A program made the position numbers and the translations under genes. A stretch of DNA of 64,000 bases from an uncultured Acidobacteriota bacterium. GTDB lineage: Bacteria; Acidobacteriota; UBA6911. Positions 52,738-64,000 of the stretch are shown in pieces; positions within the stretch are counted from its first letter, which is position 1; the number at the start of each line of letters is the position of its first letter. Below the pieces are notes generated by a model, which was given only the letters and a program-made list of their open reading frames with translations, was not told the DNA's origin and searched no databases. Location of the stretch: NCBI GenBank assembly GCA_963827655.1, contig CAWHCF010000038.1, forward strand, positions 32,001-96,000, in the 5' to 3' direction.

Positions 52738-54051
52738 TTGGGACAAGATACCAGGCACCAGGCTGATTTCAGCGCGGCCCAGCGGAGCCGGCTCTTCGTG
52801 CTAAGCTGCACAGCTCTGGTCACGACTGCGCTGATTTTCAGCATAAGAGCTTCCGTCCTGGAGGATCTCGGAAACACTTTCGGTCTGACTGCCGAGGCTG
52901 TGGGCTGGTGCGCGGGCGCGGCCTTCCTGGCTTTTGCAATTTCAATTTTCATAGGGAGTCCCCTGTGCGACTACCTGGGAATGGGTATCCTTCTGGGCGC
53001 GGCGGCGCTCTTGCATGTCGCCGGGATTCTCATGGTGATCTTTGCTCAGAACCTGGTCGGCGCCATGGGTCTGTCGGCAGCAGCGATACTATATCTGAGC
53101 TGGTTTGTGGCAGGATTGGGCAACGGTTTGGTGGAAGCTGTAATCAACCCCCTGGCGGCCACGCTCTATCCGGAGGACAAGACTCACAAATTGAACGTGC
53201 TGCACGCGTGGTGGCCCGGAGGAATCGTGATCGGCGGCGTTCTCGCGTACCTGCTGAGAACGGCAGGTTTTGGCTGGCAGGTTCGGCTGGCCACAATCCT
53301 GATCCCGGCAGGAATCTACGGCGCCATGCTAATCGGTCAGAAATTTCCGGCGACCGAACGAGTGCAGGCAGGAGTGTCCACCGGGGAGATGATCCAGCAG
53401 GCCTTCCGCCCGCTCTTTCTGGTCTGGTTTGGCCTGATGTTTCTTACCGCCGCTCTTGAGCTGGGGCCTGGCCAATGGGTCGATGCCACTCTCACCCGGA
53501 CAGTGGGGATCGAAGGGATCCTGCTTCTGGTTTACATTAGCGGCTTGATGTTCATCTTTCGCCATTTTGCCGGACCTCTGGCCCATCGTTTTTCGCCCGT
53601 CGGTCTGATGTGGATCTCCTCGGTTCTGGCCGGGTTCGGCGTCCTTGCGCTCAGCTATGCGAACTCTCCTGTTACCGCGTTTCTATCGGCGACGATCTGG
53701 GGCATCGGGGTTTGCTACATGTGGCCGACAATGCTCGGTGTGACCTCGGAGCGTTTCCCTAGAGGAGGCGCTCTCCTGCTTGGGCTGATGGGGACTGCCG
53801 GCAACCTTTCGATTCAGTTCGTCCTGCCGTGGATGGGAAGTATTTACGATGAGTTCACCAACAGGGCTCAGGCGGCGGGACTCGCCCCGGAAGCGGCCCG
53901 CGCGAGTGCGGCGCCGGTGGCCTTCCGCTATGTCGCGGCCCTGTCGCTCGTTCTTGTTGTTGTGTTCGGGTTGATCTGGCTGCGGGACAGAGCTGCGGGC
54001 GGCTACAAGGTCGAGTCTCTTGAAGAGCGCGCCCGAAAGACACCCGCCTGA
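52738..54051 (+). CDS. MFS transporter
   Basis: About 12 TM segments, GLVEAVINP, LHAWWPGG, WPTMLG. Confidence 0.9.
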   Translation: MGQDTRHQADFSAAQRSRLFVLSCTALVTTALIFSIRASVLEDLGNTFGLTAEAVGWCAGAAFLAFAISIFIGSPLCDYLGMGILLGAAALLHVAGILMVIFAQNLVGAMGLSAAAILYLSWFVAGLGNGLVEAVINPLAATLYPEDKTHKLNVLHAWWPGGIVIGGVLAYLLRTAGFGWQVRLATILIPAGIYGAMLIGQKFPATERVQAGVSTGEMIQQAFRPLFLVWFGLMFLTAALELGPGQWVDATLTRTVGIEGILLLVYISGLMFIFRHFAGPLAHRFSPVGLMWISSVLAGFGVLALSYANSPVTAFLSATIWGIGVCYMWPTMLGVTSERFPRGGALLLGLMGTAGNLSIQFVLPWMGSIYDEFTNRAQAAGLAPEAARASAAPVAFRYVAALSLVLVVVFGLIWLRDRAAGGYKVESLEERARKTPA

Positions 54052-54125
54052 TTATGCGTGCCAACCGCTTCGCGTTTCTTGAGCACTGCTGTTCACAATT
54101 GACGCTATGTATTTTGAAGCAGTTG

Positions 54126-54378
54126 AGGCCTGAAAGGCCGACAGAGAGTAGGCCCGGCCGTAAGAAGCTGTGAAAAAATTGGTTCAGTGGCGCGGGTCAT
54201 CAGAGACTGTTGCAAAACTCGCCGGTTCATGTGCGGACGGGCTATCAAGCCCGTCCGGCCCCCGATAGGCACTACTGAACTCTCGCCCCATCGCTTCGCC
54301 TGCCTACTTTCCCCTCAGCGACTTTTTACTTTTCACTCTCCACGGGCGGGGCCATTCACTGCACGGGCCTTCGGCCCT
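54126..54378. repeat. REP-like element interrupted at its GTAA loop by a family-B end (54164)
   Basis: aggcctgaaaggccg...ggcccggccgTAA|GAAGCTGTGAAAAAATTGG...gggccttcggccct; compare the intact form at 10913. Confidence 0.65.
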
Positions 54379-54524
54379 AGGCAAAAACAGAGCTGCTCTG
54401 ACCTCAATACCGTTAGCGTATTTATGAATCCAGCCGACTTTCAGGCGCTTAGTGAAACGTTCAAACCAACATGTCGTCGTATCAAAAGGGGCCTTCTGAA
54501 TTCGGGGCGAAGTCCCCGAACGAA

Positions 54525-54552
54525 CCTTAGTGTCCTGGTGTCTTCGTGGTAA
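54525..54552 (-). repeat. Octamer-unit repeat
   Basis: ccttagtgtcctggtgtcttcgtggtaa. Confidence 0.8.
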
Positions 54553-54569
54553 ACTCGTTGAGCATCACA

Positions 54570-56636
54570 ATGAAGATCACCTTTCTGCTCTCACTCATCA
54601 GTGTCGCGATACCGCTCGTTGCTCAACCGGAGGAACAGCCAGGCCCCCGTGTTGCCACGCGAATGCCGCAGTTGCTGAGCGTGCTTCCGATGGGGGCTCA
54701 AAAGGGCTCGGTGGTTGAAGTCGAATTGCAAGGCGAGTTCCTGGATCGGGCAGAGAACATTCTGTTCTCCACGCCCGAAGTTGTGGCTCGGGTCAAGAAA
54801 TCAAATTTTACGCGGGTGTTTCTTGAAGTGCGCGTGAGCCCCAAAGCAGAGTCGGGGCCGTGCTACTTTCGGGTAGTAACGCCGCGGGGGGCGTCGAACC
54901 TTCTGATGTTCCGCATCAGCGAGTGGCCGGCGATTACCGAACAGGAACCCAACGATGACCCGCGAGATCTTCGTGCCGTCGAGTGGCCGGTTCTGGTCAG
55001 CGGACGCCTCGAAACCCCGAGAGATGTCGATCTCTATCGCTTCCATGGGAAAGCCGGCCAGCGCCTGAATCTGAATCTTCTCGCCGCTCGCAACTGGTCC
55101 ACGGCCGATCTTTCGCTTGCGATCGTCGATGCCGCGGGCCGCGGCCTGCGCCAGGATGAAGGAACCTTCATATGGGATCCGTACATCAGCTTCACCTGTC
55201 CTGCGGATGGTGAGTATGTGGCTGCCGTGATGCTCACTCGAATGCCTGCCGGCGGACAGTCAAGGACCGACCTGGTTTACCAGCTGGCCATCGGTCAGGC
55301 GCCTGTGCTCGCGTCGGTCTTCCCGTTGTACCTGCAGTCGCAAGCGCCTGTGGAACTGCAGGTGCGGGGCGAGTTCCTTGACTCGAAAACATGGGAACTG
55401 GAGGGCGGGGAAATCCAGCGTCAGGAGAAGGGCGATGCGCCCCAGGCCCCGGCTTCGGTCGCTCTGGCCGGCCGGCTGAACACCGGGACGCCTCCGGGCG
55501 TCCGGTCGCTGCGCCTTCAGCACGCTTCCGGTTTGGTTACACCCCTGCGAGTCATGACCGGAGAAAGTCCCGCGAAAATGGAATTGGAGAAAAACGACAC
55601 CCTCCAGACGGCGGAAGCAATCGGGATTCCGGTAACCGTGAACGGGAGGATCGATAGCCGCTGGGATGAAGATATCTATCGCTTTGAAGTGGAATCGGAA
55701 ACCACGCTGGTCTTCGACATCGATGCGGAAAGGCTGGGTTCGCGGCTGGACGCAAGACTGGCTCTCCTGGATGGCTCAGGCAAGACTTTGGCCGCCAACG
55801 ATGATGCCAAGCTTGATGAAGGGCCGCTGAACTGGGATCCTCAGATCACCCACACGTTCAAGGAGCGCGGAACCTATTTCATCAAGGTCTCCAGCCAGCA
55901 GAGGCGCGGTGGCGAAGACTATGGATATGCCCTCAGCGTGCGGCGGCCTTCCCCCGGATTCACCCTCAGCCTCGCTTCCGAGCGGTTGGCTGTTCCGCGC
56001 GGCGAGACCGGCCAGTGGAATGTCTCGGTTCAGCGCCAGGAAGGCTTCCAGGGCGAACTTGCAATCGAGGTCACGGGATTGCCGCAAGGGCTCGAGACCA
56101 AACCGCTCCAGCTGAAGGGCGACCAGACTTCGGGCAAGATCGAAATAACCGCTGCACCGGACGCTCGCCTGGAAACCGCCTCGGTGACGATTCTGGGCAA
56201 AGGTCTGGTCGATGGGCAGGAGCAGTGCCGCACCGCCCTTATTCCTGCGGCGGCGCGAGTCTCGGGGAGCGGTCCTGGCTTCTCAGACTACCGATCGACG
56301 GAAGCCTGGGTTTCGGTCGTCGAGCCGCCGTTGTTTTCGCTCGAATCGGCGGCGTCAGAAGTCTTTCTCGTTCGGGGTGGGACGGCGGAGTTCGGAGTGA
56401 AAATTGTGAGGCGGCGCGGCTTTTCAGGGACGCCCGAGTTTTCCCTCGAGAATGCTCCCTCAGGGGTCCAGGTAGAGAAATTCGAGATCGTGGACGATGG
56501 ACGAATGGCCCGGTTGACGCTTCGAGCCTCAGAGTCTGCGGCCGTGGGACGGGTGCCTGACGTCGCGATCGTGGGCGCCGCGCGCGGCGATCAGCGCAGC
56601 GAGTCTGCACCCCGGATCAACGTGCAGGTTGATTAG
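54570..56636 (+). CDS. Secreted multi-PPC-domain protein of PVC-type clusters
   Basis: PMGAQKGS, EQEPND, DVDLYRF, RLGSRLD, ANDD. Confidence 0.85.
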   Translation: MKITFLLSLISVAIPLVAQPEEQPGPRVATRMPQLLSVLPMGAQKGSVVEVELQGEFLDRAENILFSTPEVVARVKKSNFTRVFLEVRVSPKAESGPCYFRVVTPRGASNLLMFRISEWPAITEQEPNDDPRDLRAVEWPVLVSGRLETPRDVDLYRFHGKAGQRLNLNLLAARNWSTADLSLAIVDAAGRGLRQDEGTFIWDPYISFTCPADGEYVAAVMLTRMPAGGQSRTDLVYQLAIGQAPVLASVFPLYLQSQAPVELQVRGEFLDSKTWELEGGEIQRQEKGDAPQAPASVALAGRLNTGTPPGVRSLRLQHASGLVTPLRVMTGESPAKMELEKNDTLQTAEAIGIPVTVNGRIDSRWDEDIYRFEVESETTLVFDIDAERLGSRLDARLALLDGSGKTLAANDDAKLDEGPLNWDPQITHTFKERGTYFIKVSSQQRRGGEDYGYALSVRRPSPGFTLSLASERLAVPRGETGQWNVSVQRQEGFQGELAIEVTGLPQGLETKPLQLKGDQTSGKIEITAAPDARLETASVTILGKGLVDGQEQCRTALIPAAARVSGSGPGFSDYRSTEAWVSVVEPPLFSLESAASEVFLVRGGTAEFGVKIVRRRGFSGTPEFSLENAPSGVQVEKFEIVDDGRMARLTLRASESAAVGRVPDVAIVGAARGDQRSESAPRINVQVD

Positions 56637-56757
56637 AGGAGCGCTCGAAGTACCGGAGATCCAGTTTAACGGGCGGTGGGCTGGTGAAGCGCAGGGTGTT
56701 CGGGAGTCATTTTTTCGCTCTGCGGTTCACCAACCCTCGAGCCCGTTTGAACCACCG

Positions 56758-57284
56758 CTATCGAAGCGGCTCTATGGCAACGCGGTTTTGCCCGCGGATT
56801 TCGCCGCCTGGGACGCTCATCGTGTGAATGTTCGTGTAGGTCAGGCCATTAATGATGGCGGCCCTGACGTCTGCGAAGTTACGGATGCCGCGCATGCCTG
56901 AGGGTCGTCGTTGATTCTAGGGGTCACATCGTCCACCGTAGAGACGCCATAGAATACGCCTCCAGTAATGGTATCGCTGTCCTCGATCGGACCGTGAATA
57001 GCCCTGTTGTACATGTTCATGATGATCGGACCGGCAAGTCCCTCAGGGGCAACGTGCACGTGGATCTGGGTGATGTCGGTCCCGAACTGCCGGAGCCTGA
57101 GGGAGAATTCGATCCTGTCCGAGTACACGTTATAAATAACGTCGGCGGTAGCCGCACTGATGATTTTTTCAGGTGCTTCCTGTCCGCCGTCAAGCTCGGC
57201 TTTGACGACAATCTGGGCCAAAAGCGTCGAACTCCCCACTAACAAGAAAGCAAACACAAGTAGACATTGTAGTTTTTTCATCAT
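56758..57284 (-). CDS. CHRD domain protein, frameshift near 56900
   Basis: LDGGQE, IHVH...GP, then TYTNIHT...PGGEIRGQ in another frame. Confidence 0.8.
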
Positions 57285-57437
57285 CGTTCGTTCCTTTGTG
57301 TTTTGCCTCGAGAGTCGCTGTCGCCTGGCAGTCTGCAAAGTTAGAGACCCTCGAAAGCTTTGTTAAATGCCAGATGCCCAGGGATGAGGAAGCCTAGCCT
57401 GTTTTTTGTCGAATTTCAACAAGACAAAAGAGAACCT

Positions 57438-57482
57438 AACAAATACCACCAGGACGCAAAGGCACGAAGAAGCACCAAGAGT
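57438..57482 (+). repeat. Octamer-unit repeat
   Basis: aacaaataccaccaggacgcaaaggcacgaagaagcaccaag. Confidence 0.85.
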
Positions 57483-57553
57483 CTTTGCCAAAAAAGCAAC
57501 TGTAGCTTATAGTCTCTTAGATCAACAGGGAGTCACGAGGGGCACCCACCGGT

Positions 57554-60049
57554 ATGACACGTCGGATCGGTTACTTCTTTATGGTCCTTTTGGGCGGTTG
57601 GATACTCCCGTCAGAAACTCGTCCGGCTGAGCTGAATAACAGGCCCCCGGCAACTAAAGTGCAAGCCGAGGCTCGCAATCAGCATCGCAACTGGATGCGG
57701 CTCCTGGTCGAACCCAAATCGATCTTCTTGTCCGGAACTTCGACCACCCAGAGCCTGATCGTCAGCGCCCAGCGTTCGGACGGCTCGGCCGATGATGTAA
57801 CAACGCGAGCCCGCTTTCACTCGGAAGACCCGCGTGTCGTTTCCGTCGGGAAGGATGGAGTAGTTCAGGCTGCCGGCAAGGGGGCAACCTACGTGCGAGC
57901 CACGTGGGAAGGATTGGAAAGCAGAACCTTCGTCGTGGTGCGCGATTCGGTTGACAAGGCTCGCCCCTTCAGTTTTGCCAGCGATATTGCTCCCATCATT
58001 TCTCACTTTGGCTGCAATGGCAGCAGCTGTCACGGAGCGCTCAACGGCCAGAACGGATTCAAGCTGTCGCTCTTCGGTTACGATCCCGAAGCGGATTACG
58101 ACGCGATTGTGACCAAAGCGGACGGGCGCAGGGTCGACCGCTCCGATCCCGAACGGAGCCTGATCCTGCTCAAACCGACATTTTCCGTTCCTCATGGCGG
58201 CGGCCTGGTGATCGACAAAGGCGCCGGAGAATACCGGATCCTGCGTGACTGGATTTCACAGGGAACGCCCCGCGGGACCTCGAAAGGGCCGCGCCTGAAG
58301 CGTCTGGACGTTTATCCCAAGGACCAGCGTGTACTCACCGATTCGGATCAGAAGCAGCGGTTGGTGGTTGTGGGCCGCTACAGCGATGGCACCGAAGTCG
58401 ACATGACGCGCCAGGTGAGGTACACGTCCAACAATCCGGGCGTCGCGACTGTGAGTCCCGAAGGCATGGTGACTCCGGTCAGGGACGGAGAGACGGCAAT
58501 CATGGTGCGCTCGCTAGGCGCCGTAGGCGTTGCGCGCGTCGGCGTCGTACTTCGCCAGCCCGTCGCGCGCTATCCGCGGGTGCAGCGGAATAATCTCATC
58601 GACGACCTGGTTTTCGCGAAACTCGCTCGTTTGAATGTCGTACCTTCTGAACTCTGCACAGATGCTGAATTCATCCGGCGGGCAACTCTCGACATTACGG
58701 GCGCGCTGCCTCGCCCCGAGGAAGTAAGGCGATTTCTCACGGATCAGGCGGACGGCAAGCGCGCGCGCCTCGTGGAAGAGCTGCTGAAGCGTACGGAGTA
58801 TGCCGATTTCTGGTCGATGAAATGGGGAGACCTGCTGACCAATACCCCGCAATTCCTGTACAACGGCACGGCCTACTTTCAGGCATGGCTCCGGGACGCC
58901 CTGGCGCGCAACATGCCGTTCGACGAGTTTGCCCGCGAGCTGCTGACTGCGAGCGGCGGCACATACGAGCCGCTCCCTTCGAATTTTTATTCGATCATGA
59001 AGAAGCCTGAGGAGATGGCGACGTTCACGAGCCAGGTCTTCCTCGGGGTCAGCCTGGAATGCGCCCGCTGTCACGATCATCCGAGTGAGAACTGGCGGCG
59101 CGATGACTTCATGGGACTGGCGGCGTTTTTCTCGCAGGTCAAATTCAAAGGAGGGCCGCGGAACAACGAACGCTTCCTCTATATCGATCCCGACCTGGAG
59201 TTCAAGCACCCCGATACCAAGGAGCCGGTCCAGGCGCGAGTCCTGGGAGGGGTTCCGGCGACCTTTAATCCCGGAGAGGACCGTCGCGCCCGCCTGGCAG
59301 AATGGCTTACCGCCCCCTCGAACCCTTATTTTGCGCGCACCGCGGTGAACCGGGTTTGGAAGGAGTTGATGGGGCGCGGCATCGTCGATCCGGCGGACGA
59401 TTTTCGCGCGACCAACCCGCCCAGTCACCCCGAGCTTCTGGATCGGTTGGCGGCCGACTTTGTCGAACACGGCTTCGACCTGCACCATCTGATGCGGCAG
59501 ATCCTGGGCTCTCGCGCCTACCAGCTCTCGTCGCGGCCGAATGAGACCAACAAGGAGGATCAGACAGCATACTCGCGCCACTACATTCGTCGCCTGACAG
59601 CCGAGCAGTTGCTGGATGGCATTTCGCAAGTGACCGAAGTGCCGGAGCGGTTTCCGTACTTTTATCCCGGGAAGCGGGCGACCCAGCTTCCCGACCCGAT
59701 AGTCGACTCTTACTTCTTGACCATCTTCGATCGCGCCAGCCGGGAAAACGCAACCTGCTCGCGCAAACAGTCCATCAGCCTGACGCAATCCTTGCACCTG
59801 GTTGGCGGCGACACTGTTACCAAGAAGATTCGCGATGATCGCGGCGTCCTGTCGCGCCTGATCCGTGGAGAAAGCACCGACCAGGAGATTCTCGAGCACT
59901 TGTATCTCGCGGCAGTGAGCCGGTACCCAACCGCGCAGGAGAGCGCAGCCGCTCAGAAATCTGTGGCCGGTGCGCCGGATCGAAGAGCGGGCTTCGAGGA
60001 TGTGCTCTGGGCGCTGCTCAACTCGAAGGAGTTCTTGTATAATCACTGA
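57554..60049 (+). CDS. DUF1549/DUF1553 domain protein with Ig-like domains
   Basis: GCNGSSCHG, FIRRATLD, CARCHDHP, NPPSHPELL, LLNSKEF. Confidence 0.92.
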   Translation: MTRRIGYFFMVLLGGWILPSETRPAELNNRPPATKVQAEARNQHRNWMRLLVEPKSIFLSGTSTTQSLIVSAQRSDGSADDVTTRARFHSEDPRVVSVGKDGVVQAAGKGATYVRATWEGLESRTFVVVRDSVDKARPFSFASDIAPIISHFGCNGSSCHGALNGQNGFKLSLFGYDPEADYDAIVTKADGRRVDRSDPERSLILLKPTFSVPHGGGLVIDKGAGEYRILRDWISQGTPRGTSKGPRLKRLDVYPKDQRVLTDSDQKQRLVVVGRYSDGTEVDMTRQVRYTSNNPGVATVSPEGMVTPVRDGETAIMVRSLGAVGVARVGVVLRQPVARYPRVQRNNLIDDLVFAKLARLNVVPSELCTDAEFIRRATLDITGALPRPEEVRRFLTDQADGKRARLVEELLKRTEYADFWSMKWGDLLTNTPQFLYNGTAYFQAWLRDALARNMPFDEFARELLTASGGTYEPLPSNFYSIMKKPEEMATFTSQVFLGVSLECARCHDHPSENWRRDDFMGLAAFFSQVKFKGGPRNNERFLYIDPDLEFKHPDTKEPVQARVLGGVPATFNPGEDRRARLAEWLTAPSNPYFARTAVNRVWKELMGRGIVDPADDFRATNPPSHPELLDRLAADFVEHGFDLHHLMRQILGSRAYQLSSRPNETNKEDQTAYSRHYIRRLTAEQLLDGISQVTEVPERFPYFYPGKRATQLPDPIVDSYFLTIFDRASRENATCSRKQSISLTQSLHLVGGDTVTKKIRDDRGVLSRLIRGESTDQEILEHLYLAAVSRYPTAQESAAAQKSVAGAPDRRAGFEDVLWALLNSKEFLYNH

Positions 60050-60082
60050 GTTCAGACTTTCAACCCTTGAGGTGCAGCTCCA

Positions 60083-60280
60083 TTGAGTCTAAAGGGTATT
60101 CAATTTCTCTTTGATGCCGAAGGGAAAGAGACGGCGGTCCTGATAAACCTGAGGCACAATCGCCACGTCTGGGAGGACATCTACGATGTAATCGTGGCCG
60201 ACAGTCGTAAGGATGAACCGCGTGTGGCGTGGGAAGAGGTGAAAAGGAGGCTAAAAGCCAGGCGCGCTTCCCGTGGCTGA
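60083..60280 (+). CDS. Small antitoxin-like protein
   Basis: IQFLFDAEGKETAVLI...WEDIYD...WEEVK pattern; overlapping GTG stub downstream. Confidence 0.6.
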   Translation: MSLKGIQFLFDAEGKETAVLINLRHNRHVWEDIYDVIVADSRKDEPRVAWEEVKRRLKARRASRG

Positions 60281-60340
60281 ATATCGGCTTGACCTCGAAC
60301 TTCGGGGGTTGCCTCGTAATAGTGTGTGCATATGGTTCTC

Positions 60341-60394
60341 AACCACGAAGACGCGAGGACGCGAATCTTCTCTTGGGTCTTGTGTCTTGGCGGT
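60341..60394. repeat. Octamer-unit repeat, arms in plus-then-minus order
   Basis: aaccacgaagacgcgaggacgcgaa...cttgggtcttgtgtcttggcggt. Confidence 0.8.
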
Positions 60395-60413
60395 GAGGAG
60401 GAGTTAGCTTCAA

Positions 60414-61724
60414 ATGGCTGCGAAATGTGATTGCGGGAGCGTTCCGAAGACGCTGTTCGGGCGGCGGGATTTCGTCAAGATCGGATCGCTGGGCATCCTC
60501 GGATTGAACCTGCGCGATTACTTCTTTCTAAGGTCGGCGTCAGCGAATTCGTCCGTGCCGGATCGATCGGTCATTCTTGTCTGGCTGAGCGGCGGTCCTC
60601 CCCATCACGATACCTTTGACATGAAGCCTGAAGCTCCGGCCGAGATTCGAGGCACCTTCAAGCCGATTCCCACCAACGTCTCAGGTATTCAAGTCTGTGA
60701 GCATCTTCCGCGCACCGCGCGGCAGGCCGACAAATTCGCCATTGTCCGATCCATGACGTCGCGGGAGAACAATCACGAGCCGGCGATCAACTATCTTCAG
60801 ACGGGCTACCTCCCTTTGCAGACGCTCGAATTCCCTTCGATGGGATCTGTGATCGCAAAAGAAAAGGGTTCACGCAACAGCCTCCCGCCCTACGTCACGA
60901 TCCCGAACATCTTCCCTTCGTTCGGTCCCGGTTTTCTGGGCGGGGAGTACGGACCCTTTATTGCGGGCGATCCCAACGTCAAGGACTACAGGGTTCGGGA
61001 CCTGAATCTTCCCGTCGATGTCGACTGGCATCGGGTCAACAACCGGCGCTGGCTGCTCGATCATATGGATCAAAGATTTCGTGAGATCGACACGAAGAAC
61101 GAGTTTCAGGCGATGGATTCCTTTTACGAGAAGGCCTACGACCTGATTCGGTCGCCATCGGCGCAGAAAGCCTTTGATATCGAGCAAGAGCCCGAGACTA
61201 TACGAAACCGATACGGGCGCACCCCTGTGGGTCAGGGGTGCCTGCTGGCCCGCCGCCTGGTCGAAGCGGGGGTGCGTTTCGTGACTGTGGCGAAAGGCTG
61301 GCTGAACTGGGACACGCACGGCCGCAACTTCACCACCCTGGAAAAGACCTTGCTTCCCGAGCTCGACATGGCCTATTCGGCCCTGCTGGAGGATCTGGCC
61401 GCGCGCGGGATGCTCGAGTCGACGCTGGTTGTCTTGATGGGAGAATTCGGCCGGACGCCGAAAATCAATTCAGACGCCGGCCGGGACCATTGGTCCAAAG
61501 CTTTCTCGATCGTTCTTTCCGGCGCAGGCGTCATCGGCGGCAGGATACTCGGCTCAACTGACGCCACTGGATCGGAGGTCAAGGATGATCCGGTGCACGT
61601 CGAGGATCTCACCGCCACGATCTACGAGCGCCTGGGCATCGACCACACGCGCGAATACCACACCGACATCGGCCGTCCCGTCAAGCTCTCGAATGGCGGC
61701 AAGGTGATCACCCAGCTGTTCTGA
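60414..61724 (+). CDS. DUF1501 domain protein (Tat signal)
   Basis: GRRDFV, WLSGGPPHHDTFD, LLARRLVEAGV, WDTH, GEFGRTP, GRDHW. Confidence 0.93.
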   Translation: MAAKCDCGSVPKTLFGRRDFVKIGSLGILGLNLRDYFFLRSASANSSVPDRSVILVWLSGGPPHHDTFDMKPEAPAEIRGTFKPIPTNVSGIQVCEHLPRTARQADKFAIVRSMTSRENNHEPAINYLQTGYLPLQTLEFPSMGSVIAKEKGSRNSLPPYVTIPNIFPSFGPGFLGGEYGPFIAGDPNVKDYRVRDLNLPVDVDWHRVNNRRWLLDHMDQRFREIDTKNEFQAMDSFYEKAYDLIRSPSAQKAFDIEQEPETIRNRYGRTPVGQGCLLARRLVEAGVRFVTVAKGWLNWDTHGRNFTTLEKTLLPELDMAYSALLEDLAARGMLESTLVVLMGEFGRTPKINSDAGRDHWSKAFSIVLSGAGVIGGRILGSTDATGSEVKDDPVHVEDLTATIYERLGIDHTREYHTDIGRPVKLSNGGKVITQLF

Positions 61725-61726
61725 AT

Positions 61727-61778
61727 CGCGGAACAAAACCAACCACCAAGACACCAAGACTCGAAGAAACGCGAAGAA
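61727..61778 (+). repeat. Octamer-unit repeat
   Basis: cgcggaacaaaaccaaccaccaagacaccaagactcgaagaaacgcgaag. Confidence 0.85.
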
Positions 61779-61812
61779 CCTTGGTTCTTAACGGCTGAAT
61801 CCCGCGAGGGAA

Positions 61813-63636
<1,824 letters not shown>

Positions 63637-63657
63637 TGAGCCCTCTCCTCGATTGTC

Positions 63658-63692
63658 AGTGTTTCTTGGCGTCCTTGTGGTTGTCTTGTTTC
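63658..63692 (-). repeat. Octamer-unit repeat
   Basis: agtgtttcttggcgtccttgtggttgtcttgtttc. Confidence 0.7.
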
Positions 63693-63699
63693 GAAGGAC

Positions 63700-64000
63700 T
63701 CAGTCATAGCCGTATTCCTTCAGAATCTCTTCATCCAGTCCCATGAAATGCGCGATCTCGTGGACCAGGGTAATCTCCACCTCGCGGGCCAGCTCTTGCG
63801 GATCGGGAAAATCCTCCTCGAGGGGACGCCGATACAGGTAGATTATAGAAGGAAGATCTCCCCAATCGTCAAATCGCCTGTCGGTTATCGGCTTTCCGGT
63901 AAAGAGTCCGTAAACCAGGCCGTCCGGATCTCCGGTTACCTCCTCCATCAAGCGCGGGTCGGGCCAGTCTTCGACCACGATCTCCACGTTCTCCAAGGCA
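63700..64000 (-). CDS. Zincin-like metallopeptidase family protein (5' end outside the window)
   Basis: IYLYRRP, TLVHEIAHFMG. Confidence 0.85.
   Translation of the reverse strand, partial: ALENVEIVVEDWPDPRLMEEVTGDPDGLVYGLFTGKPITDRRFDDWGDLPSIIYLYRRPLEEDFPDPQELAREVEITLVHEIAHFMGLDEEILKEYGYD

Noticed and set aside
58514-60046. Long antisense ORFs (510 aa here; also 5393..6478, 18210..19238, 26612..27547)
   Set aside because: Shadows of real genes, expected from GC-rich codon bias; no motifs.

Overview
GC-rich bacterial chromosomal region, probably Acidobacteriota (inferred from a carboxypeptidase-regulatory-domain TonB receptor, a Solibacter-type C-terminal domain and a DUF1549/DUF1553-DUF1501 cluster). 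It holds about 45 mostly unrelated accessory genes: hydrolases, transporters, an oxalate module, a reverse-transsulfuration operon, a DUF4956-PLD-porin-phosphatase module and a PVC-type cluster. I found no rRNA, tRNA, CRISPR array, integrase or transposase. The most striking signal is non-coding. About 27 copies of a repeat built from 8-bp units (ACCAC-N-AAG-ACNCNAAG-ACNCNAAG-AA-ACNCNAAG) sit at gene junctions, several as inverted pairs around a conserved spacer. Two (ACGATTG)n/(CAATCGT)n hairpin arrays bracket a cysteine desulfurase and an unknown gene. At least three families of small inverted-repeat elements carry target-site duplications, some nested in REP-like palindromes and two inserted exactly in stop codons. 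About ten genes have frameshifts, which probably reflect assembly indels. All protein calls are by motif recognition, not database search.
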